Below, one piece after another: positions 54,651 to 64,000 of a stretch of 64,000 bases of DNA. Numbering within the stretch: the stretch's first letter is position 1; every line of letters begins with the position of its first letter. The DNA comes from Octopus sinensis (taxonomy: Eukaryota), in assembly GCF_006345805.1 (NCBI RefSeq), contig NC_042997.1, positions 118,792,001 through 118,856,000 of the forward strand, written 5' to 3'. The notes beneath the pieces are model-generated. The model ran no database searches. It saw only the letters and a list, made by a program, of their open reading frames with translations, and was not told the origin of the DNA. The position numbers were made by a program, and so were the translations under genes.

Positions 54651-56361
54651 TTCAATTAAAAAAAAAGACATTTCTATGTTCTATATTTTGGAATGCGTCC
54701 GTATCCATCCTTATATTACGCATTTCCTTTCTGTGTTCTGTTTTTACATCGCACAGTTCTGTAGAAATATTCAATAAAAAATTTTGCTGTCCCTTTGAGA
54801 CCACCTTCCATGACAGTAATTGAATAAGAGCCATCATATCCACGTGTATGATGGAGCATGACGTGCAAAGCACCATCATGTGGGATTCCAGAATCATTAA
54901 CGCAGTTATGAAATAAATTTGTATCTCGCAGTACGTTCAGTTTTACATTTGATACTATTTTGGTCCAATTTAAGAGGTCTACGATAAGATCATACGAGCA
55001 AAGATTTCGTTTTGCTTTTGTATAGCGACACACTTAGTAACACATCTTCTTCATGTTGTAGTAGTAGTAGTAGTTTTTGATGTTGTTATTGGTCACGTTG
55101 TTGTTGTTCTTCTTCTCCTTTGTCCTCTTCTTCATCTTCTACTTCTTCATTCTCTTCATATTTTTCTTCTTTTTCTTCTTCTTCTTCTTCTTCTTCTTCT
55201 TCTTCTTCTTTTTTCTTCTTCTTCTTCCACCTTCTTCCACCTTCTTCCACCTTCTTCCCATGATACTGGAAAATGTTGATTCCCATACATAGAAATAGAG
55301 ATTCTGAATGGCAGCAGCTTCAGTTACCATTAGTGTTTTGCACTGCCTCAAAGCTTCTAGCCGAACAGTTTTATTAGAGCTGCAGTATAAAGACATAACC
55401 ATACTAATGTCAGGTTCTCTGCACAACCACACATTCCATTTATCTTTCTCTCTCTTGCACAGACAGACAGACAGACAGACATACAGACACACACACACAC
55501 ACATACATACATACATACATACATACATACATACATACATACATACATACATACATACATACAAACATACTTATATACATACATGCTTGCATACGTACAT
55601 ATGTTCAAAAATACACTGTTGATTCTAGAATTCCAATGCACCTAGGTTAGAAAACGGAACTTTATTGGCAAGAAATCTTGAAATAAACTGAATAACGACA
55701 CACACATACACTCATACACATGCACACAATCACCCACAAGGTACTCCCAAGCGGTTTCCTTCCATAGAATGTATGCAAAAGGTATTGGTTGGTCAGAGGC
55801 GATTGAGGAATATACTTGCCACAAGTGCCTTAAAGGACGACTGAAGCAGAAAGAACGGTAATAGGTTCCAGTGGAAATTATTAACCATGGAACAATGCTG
55901 GCAACTAAAATATTTTCTAAGCAACACACATGCAGTCTCACTTGTACGTAACGGATTGAATTCTATAATTCCGAAGAACAACAACGACGTTATTAAAGTA
56001 GAAATTGTTGGAAACATTTGACCTAAAAGTAAATTGATGTGACTGCATTTCCCTTAACTCAAAAGAAAGCCATGAAAAACCCCACGTATTCATTAGTCTG
56101 ACAGAGACACATACTAACGACATTCTTGAGACTGCTTTCACAACCCAAATTAAATTTACCTTTCATAGTAATAGTAATTTAATTTGTCTAACATTGAAAT
56201 TACACAAACATTAAATATAACAGTTGATATTACACTTTACTACCTTAGACTTATTTTATTGCTTTTAAGTATTCTGAAAGAAATAATGGCTAAAGTAATA
56301 ATCACTGAACCTAAATTGTTTTCTATATATACATATGTGTGTATATCAATAGCAATATCAC

Positions 56362-56399
<38 letters not shown>

Positions 56400-56408
<9 letters not shown>

Positions 56409-56532
56409 TATATGTAAATCAATATAATTATATACATATATGTATACATATATGTTTGTGTATATAAGCGTGTATATAGATATAGGTCGATCTCTATCTC
56501 ACTCTCTCTCACTCTCTATATATATGAGTGTG

Positions 56533-56615
<83 letters not shown>

Positions 56616-57534
56616 TTAATGGCAGACATTTTAACTACAAGAGAGTGACCACATAGCCGCCGGAAATAACGTCTGTCAACATATCCTGTGCAATAAAAGA
56701 AAACGAATTTTCAAAACAATTTTACCGTATGTGGTTATATGTTTAAGATGCAAAAAGACGCAACTAAATGTAGAGGACATAACAATGTATTACAATAGAT
56801 TTCTATTGTGTGATCTCACTTCGTAATCCAAGTAATCTAGTGTAGAAATGATTGCCGTTGTATAAACGTATTTGATCGGTAGCGTTACACACCAGTGATA
56901 TCACTCCTAACATCCTATAATATTCCATGTTGAATTCATGGTCAAATGTTGAAAGCCGAATGTGTGAAATTGATAGACCTTTCGAGGCTAAGATGAAGAG
57001 CCAGCACTTCCTAAATATTATCAACAATGAAACTAAATACTTAATTAATTTATTCGGACATCCTTCTATTCCTGCTAATATCGGGAGCGTTATTCACATG
57101 AGACTATTTAAACAGTTGCTTGACACATAAGAAACAGCAAAGCAATACGTTGTAAATGACACGCTGCCATCTTAAAATGAAAGGAAATATCAAACCCTGT
57201 CCTCTTAGATACACTGTGCCACAATAAAACTGTTTCTCATGAATGTAAACCCTCGTGTCTGTTTCCCGTGCACAGAGTTTATTTGAACGGAACCTAATAC
57301 TCGCAGCAACAACAAAGGGTCTTTTCACCATGCGAACCATTATGGGCCATGTATATTCATTATTTGATGTAGTTGCGTAAGAGCTATGTACATGAATATC
57401 TCATACCACAGGAACACATATATATATATGAATACCTAAACATGTATACATATTTATCTAGCTGTACATATATGTATAAGTTCATACATGCGTACAAGCA
57501 CACATAATATACAAATATATATGGGCGTATATAT

Positions 57535-57570
<36 letters not shown>

Positions 57571-57715
57571 CACTATATGTAAATCAATATAATTATATAC
57601 ATATATGTATACATATATGTTTGTGTATATAAGCGTGTATATAGATATAGGTCGATCTCTATCTCACTCTCTCTCACTCTCTATATATATGAGTGTGTTT
57701 TTACACACACACACA

Positions 57716-57746
<31 letters not shown>

Positions 57747-57750
57747 CACA

Positions 57751-57784
<34 letters not shown>

Positions 57785-58720
57785 TTAATGGCAGACATTT
57801 TAACTACAAGAGAGTGACCACATAGCCGCCGGAAATAACGTCTGTCAACATATCCTGTGCAATAAAAGAAAACGAATTTTCAAAACAATTTTACCGTATG
57901 TGGTTATATGTTTAAGATGCAAAAAGACGCAACTAAATGTAGAGGACATAACAATGTATTACAATAGATTTCTATTGTGTGATCTCACTTCGTAATCCAA
58001 GTAATCTAGTGTAGAAATGATTGCCGTTGTATAAACGTATTTGATCGGTAGCGTTACACACCAGTGATATCACTCCTAACATCCTATAATATTCCATGTT
58101 GAATTCATGGTCAAATGTTGAAAGCCGAATGTGTGAAATTGATAGACCTTTCGAGGCTAAGATGAAGAGCCAGCACTTCCTAAATATTATCAACAATGAA
58201 ACTAAATACTTAATTAATTTATTCGGACATCCTTCTATTCCTGCTAATATCGGGAGCGTTATTCACATGAGACTATTTAAACAGTTGCTTGACACATAAG
58301 AAACAGCAAAGCAATACGTTGTAAATGACACGCTGCCATCTTAAAATGAAAGGAAATATCAAACCCTGTCCTCTTAGATACACTGTGCCACAATAAAACT
58401 GTTTCTCATGAATGTAAACCCTCGTGTCTGTTTCCCGTGCACAGAGTTTATTTGAACGGAACCTAATACTCGCAGCAACAACAAAGGGTCTTTTCACCAT
58501 GCGAACCATTATGGGCCATGTATATTCATTATTTGATGTAGTTGCGTAAGAGCTATGTACATGAATATCTCATACCACAGGAACACATATATATATATGA
58601 ATACCTAAACATGTATACATATTTATCTAGCTGTACATATATGTATAAGTTCATACATGCGTACAAGCACACATAAATATACAAATATATATGGGCGTAT
58701 ATATATATATATATATATAT
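56400..58720. repeat. Near-identical tandem duplication with a 1169-bp period
   Basis: Identical ORF triplets are offset by 1169 (56803/57972, 56927/58096, 57104/58273); junctions lie in (TA)n. Confidence 0.97.
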
Positions 58721-59038
58721 GTGGGTGTGTGGGTGTGTGTGTGAGTGTGTGTGTGACCACGTGTGTATCGTTGGCGATTCCATTTCCTCCGTCTTCCCTT
58801 TCTTAGATCTTGCCTTTTCCTATGTTTCTGACGAAGAGCTCCGCTCTAAACATTGATTCCTCCTTCTTTCTTTCCTTTCCTTTCCTGAGCGTCCATAACA
58901 CTATAATTGTTCTACGTCCTCGCGTTGTTTTTTCTCTTGGGGGTTTTCATGTTTGGATTAACTGTATGTATATACGCCTATGCATGAAAGTATTCATGTG
59001 TGTGCGCCTGTAGCTATATATACATATATATATATATA

Positions 59039-59625
59039 TGTTGAATAGATATACTATTAAATTAGTATCTAATTCTCTCACCCTTATTAATTAATTATAA
59101 TTATGCTGCATTTATTTCTAAATGCAGTATTTGTTTTCCGAGAAAGTTTGGCGCGCTGTTAGTTGGGGCATTTGAATTATAACGTCGGATGTAATCAATT
59201 GAACCACACGTGTATTTATCGTTATGGTAAAATCTGGCGTGTGATTGAGTGGATTTCATCCAGATAGTTTTGGCTGACGAGCTACAAGTGGATTTTTTTG
59301 TAAGTAAAATTACATTTAATTCATTAATAGCGAAACAATTGTCCCAAAATAATCTGTATTTTTGTTATTTTTTATTTGCCCTGTCCGTGTGAGCTAACAA
59401 TCGTACTGACTTTCATGGGAAACATGTATTTTTGTGGTTGAAACCTTTTGGATTAACTAGTGCTAGAGTGAGCCATATAGTGACCACTCTCTTATATTTA
59501 TTTTGTAAAAATATTATAATATATTATAAAATATTATAATAATCCAGGTTTCTCGGAGCACTAGGCCACTTGGTGTTGAATATATATACTATTAAATTAG
59601 TATCTAATTCTCTCACCCTTATTAA

Positions 59626-59634
<9 letters not shown>
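59039..59634 (+). mobile_element. Non-coding 535-bp HHR-bearing unit with ~61-bp terminal redundancy (retrozyme-like or solo pLTR)
   Basis: 59039..59099 is repeated at 59574..59634; central HHR; flanked by (TA)n. Confidence 0.75.
59268..59349 (+). ncRNA. Canonical-core minimal type I hammerhead ribozyme
   Basis: ttttgg-CTGACGA-gcta..(43 nt)..tagc-GAAA-caattg-TC-ccaaaa: 6-bp stem I, 4-bp stem II, palindromic helix III, GUC site. Confidence 0.88.
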
Positions 59635-59677
<43 letters not shown>

Positions 59678-60174
59678 GATTGAGGTGACTATTCGCAATT
59701 TACAACCGAATGGCAACAAGTATAGTTGTCATTAAAATATGGGTGGGTCTTATAGGCAGTAGCATTGCTAGGAATAAGACACAAAACATTTCTTAACCAC
59801 GTCATGGCACTTATGTAACGACTGACAAGGGGGGCAAGCTCCCTACAGGAAGCAGTTGTGAATTGCGTGTAGTAACTTTTATAATCTATAATCCTCACTT
59901 CACCATTTTCGAAATTAATCGAGCTTTCCTCTCGTATTCGCTATAAGACTGACAATGTGAGTTATATTTTTTAAACCTCAGCGAAGGAGTAATGAGCCAC
60001 TGACGAAGAACAATCAAATCTGAAATCAGCGCCGATATGAATCCACCTTGCTAGCAGTAGGGAGCTTGTGAGTCGCAAGAAAAGTGCTCTGACGTGCTTA
60101 AGAGTTGGTTTGGATCTTATATCTAGCAATGCTAGTGCTGGCTAGCACCCGCACTCCCTTTAGTGACGACTATA

Positions 60175-62605
60175 TCATCATCATCATCATCATAATCATC
60201 ATCATCATCATCATCGTCGTCGTCGTCGTCGTCGTCGTTTAACTTCCGCTTTCCATGGGTTGAACGGTTTGACTGAAAACTGGCAAGCCGGGAGGGTGCA
60301 CCAGGCCTGAATCTGACCTGCCAAAGTTTCTACGGCTGGATGCCCTTCCCAACACCAACCATTCCGAGAGTGTAGTGGGTGCTTTTTACGTGCCACCGGT
60401 ACAGGAATCAGTTAGTCGGAACTGGCATCGGCCACGCTTAAATGGTGCCTTTTATGTGCCACCGGCAAGGGTGCAAGTGAGGTGGCTTTGCACCGACCAC
60501 GCTCGAATGGTGCATTTTACGTGCCACTAGCACAGTTTCCAAGTAGAAGGCACCGGCATTGGCCATGCTTCAATGGTGCTTTTTACATGCCACCGACACG
60601 GGTGCCAGTCTGGCGGCACTGGCATCGGCCATGAATACGATTTCACGTCTTCATCAGCTCGGCATATTGCCCGACGATTGAATTGTGCTTTTATATGGGC
60701 CATTTATACGAGCTCATTTGGCTTGCCGGGTCTCCTGAAGCACTGCATATCGCCAAAGGTCTCTTGTCATTACGTCTGTGAGGCCCAACGTTCGAAGGCC
60801 GTGCTTCACCACCTCATCCCATGTCTTTCTCAGTTTCCCTCCACTCTTAGGGTGTGACACTTCTTCACACAGCTGATCTCATCCATTCGCAACACATGAC
60901 TATACCAGCGCAGTTGTCACTCTTGCACTTCATATCTCGTACTTCCTATGTCCACCTTTTCTCACAAGGTGCTAATACAGTGTCGTGTATGCACACTGAA
61001 ATTTCACATCCAGTGGACCATACTAGTTTCATTTCTTTCAATCATGTCCTCAGCAGTTACAGCCCATATTTCACTGTCGTGTAGCATGAATGTTCGCACA
61101 CAGGTATCATACAGTCTACCTTTCACTCTGAGCGAGAGACCCTTTGTTACCAGCAGAGGTAAGAGCTCTTTGAACTTTGCCCAGTCTATTCTTATTCTAG
61201 CATCCACACTCTTAGAGCATCCACTCCTGCCATTGACTTGGTCACCTAGGTAACGGAAGCTATCAACTACTTCTAGTTTTTCCCTGGTATGTGATGGAAT
61301 CTGTTTTCTCTACATGTTCGGTGTTAATTGCACCTGTGCATCTGCCACACAAAAAAATAACTTCTCCGTTAAACATTCTTTGATATTGCTGCACCTCATA
61401 TGTGCCCATAGCTTACACCATGTACACCTTATGAAGTTTCTACCAACGCCTTTTCTACAGATCGAGTAGAGCCATCTACCTGAAGAGACTTCTGATTTGT
61501 CTGCCTTCCTACTTCTAAGACTTTGGTTTTTGCTTGGTTGATTCTAAGGCCCTATGATTCTAGACCTTGCTTCCACACTTGAAACTTCTTCTCTATTTCT
61601 TGTAGTGACTCAGCTATTACAGCAAGGTTATCAGCATAGACGAGCTCCCAGGGCATCCTGTCTTGAATTCCTCTATTATTGCCTGGAGGATTATGAAGAA
61701 TAAGAGGGGGCTACGTACTGATCCTTGGTGAAGCCCTGCTTCTATCAATAATGCTTCACTATACTCGTTGCCAACCCTCACCTTACTGAGAACTTCCTTG
61801 TACATGGCATGTACAGCTCTCACCAATCACTCATCTGTCCCTAGTTTCCGCTTTGACCACCTGATAAGGGATTGGAGGACCCTGTCAAAGGCTTTTTCCA
61901 TGTCAACAAAAGCCAAGTACAGAGGTTTATCTTTGGCTAGGAATTTCTCATGCAGCTCTCTTAACAGAAATATAGCATCAGCAGTGATTCTCCCTGACAC
62001 AAACCCAAACCCTAATTAGTTGGGCTATGGTACTCCCCGTGACTTTCATCACCTCATCCAACAATTTGATACCTTTGTAGTTATTTCAATCTAATGCGAC
62101 ACCTTTACCTTTGTTGAAGTTGACTGTTGCTGATACGGTATTAATTAGGTATGACTTCTTCATGTATCACCTGGTTAACTATACGGGCGACCAGATATAG
62201 CCCACATTGCCAGATATTTTAAGCAGCGATACTTCATAGGCCAAAGGTTTTCCCTGTTTTCATACCCTAATTGCGTTATCTAACAAGGTAGTGTCAATTC
62301 GAATGGCTGGTCTCCGGGTTGGGCCGACATTTGGCAGACTCTCTATTCATTCTCTTCATTTAGCAAACATTCGCAGTGGCTTCTCCAAGACTCTCTATTT
62401 GCAGCATCATTAAATGCAAGTGAGCCATCATCAGGGCACATTTCTTTCCTATGACATCGCGATTTCCTCTCACACACTGTCTACCAATTCGAAATACTTC
62501 AAGTCTTTAGTGCTCACGATGCAGAACATTGGCAATTATTTCTCATCTTCTTCTCCTCTGGCTGAGTAAACCTGTTTACTAGCTTCCGTTCTGGCGATCT
62601 GGTAC
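60175..62605 (-). mobile_element. Decayed RTE-BovB-like LINE with minisatellite-containing 3' UTR
   Basis: Motifs GLHQGSVRSPLLF, YADN and DARIRIDWAKFKELLPLL..KGRLYDTCVR; RTE-type tail tttctacggctggatgcccttcc; (GAC)n(GAT)n end; ~65-bp tandem units at 60380..60632. Confidence 0.88.
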
Positions 62606-63334
62606 ATTTCCCATATATATATATTTCGAAATGTAGCTGGATGTGGTCTGTTGGCGAGTTTCCTCCGTCTTCCTTTCCTTTTGAACTTTCCCCTGTCTAC
62701 TGTTTCAGAAGAAGGGCTTTGCTCGAAACGCAAAACATTCCTTCTTTCCTTCCCTGAGCATGCATATACCACATTCTCGCACTGTTGCTTTTTCTTGTGT
62801 TATTTCTTGTTTTGTTTTTTATATATATATGCGAACTACCTGCAACCAATAAATTAGTGACACGTAGGTCTTAATAACCACACCGGATATCCATAATTAA
62901 GGATAACTCCCTTAGATTACACTGGCGGTCAACTAGTCGAACAGACAGACACGTTGAAGTCATGCTAATAACTAAGTACGAGACCTTAGATTCAACCAAC
63001 TTCTTTTCTTCATCTACCTCACAATGGATTTAATGAACTTTGAACCTACTAAGACGTTTGAATCACTGAACATTTTCTTTTCCGGCTTCTCCCTCTACCT
63101 TTCCCTCTATTCTCCACTTCTGTCTTCTCAGCCTTCTTCGCTCTGATGATATCTACCATTTGCAACGAGGTAAATACATATTTGCCTCAGCATGGCACAC
63201 AGAAACAGCTGTAAATTCACTCTTACTCTCTCCTTGCTTAACGAACTAAATAATGGCTTTTTAGCACCAAAGACACTTCTAATTGTTGTTTTCCCTCCAT
63301 TTTCTTATCGTATATACATATATATGTATTGTGA

Positions 63335-63630
63335 AGGCGCATGGCTTAGTGGTTAGGGTGTTGTGCTCACAATTACGAGATCGTGGATTCGATTCCCAGA
63401 CCAGGCGTTACGTTGTGTAATTGAGCAAAGCACATAATATCACGTTGCTCTGGGATCATTTCGTCATCTGACATTTGGCACGTTGTCCACCATTACAAGT
63501 AATGTCGATTTGAGGGAGGGACTGATTTTATCTGTACACAAACATTCGAACACTCTGAACAAATCATCTGTGTGATCATTCGCCAAAAATCGCCGAACCC
63601 ACATACGTCGCCTAACGACAGGAGGCCGAA
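63335..63630 (+). mobile_element. tRNA-derived SINE
   Basis: GGCGCATGGCTTAGTGGTTAGGG A-box and GGATTCGATTCCC B-box; it continues as a non-tRNA body. Confidence 0.75.
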
Positions 63631-64000
63631 GAGTGTATTAACGAGAGATTTCCACTTTCATTGTAAGCAAATAGTGTAAACAGAAACAAATATGGCGTTT
63701 GTACACAAGGCTGTTTAGATGTTGTTCTTTTACTAAAAGTGCATTAATAATAATGATGATATATACATTGTCGAAATAAAAGCAATTGAATGTATGGTAA
63801 ACGGCACAATTCTATCACACTATTACGTTATTTTTTACATACCACGTGATGCTGTACTAATCTAATTCAAACGAATTTAATTTAAAATCATTCTGTAAAT
63901 GGTAATGTAATTAATATTTAAATCTGATTAATCTTTCAGTTATGGTTTGTTATCGTTTACCTATTACTTATCAAGGAGTAGGCAGTGAAACTTATCTGAA

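Noticed and set aside
54716-55033. ORF with RGYDGS..VMEGGLKG, like a hAT transposase GYDGA motif
   Set aside because: A single short motif with no TIRs or other hAT motifs.
60380-60632. Regularly spaced ~65-bp repeats resembling a CRISPR array
   Set aside because: The 'spacers' are homologous to each other, the array lies in a LINE 3' UTR, the context is eukaryotic, and there are no cas genes.
63335-63415. tRNA gene (also 44996..45065)
   Set aside because: A/B boxes are present, but I could not fold a convincing cloverleaf and it runs into a SINE body.

Overview
AT-rich, microsatellite-dense eukaryotic DNA, most likely a coleoid cephalopod such as Octopus (inferred from the SINE families and repeat style, not verified). 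No complete host gene is recognisable, and most listed ORFs are microsatellite translations. The window is a mosaic of transposable elements. These include a decayed Helitron helicase, a non-autonomous Helitron, a near full-length but frameshifted Penelope-like element (RT + GIY-YIG, direct pLTRs), other Penelope-like fragments, RTE and R4/Dong LINE remnants, mariner and DD37D/maT remnants, MITEs, many tRNA-derived SINEs and two near-identical tandem duplications. The most interesting hidden layer is non-coding: roughly a dozen hammerhead-ribozyme (HHR) motifs of several unrelated families, intact or decayed, all folded by eye. They include a 535-bp terminally redundant retrozyme-like monomer with a canonical HHR, a palindrome made of two head-to-head HHRs, and U3-A8 compensatory core variants. 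Penelope-associated HHRs and retrozymes are known classes; whether these particular families are described cannot be judged without a search.
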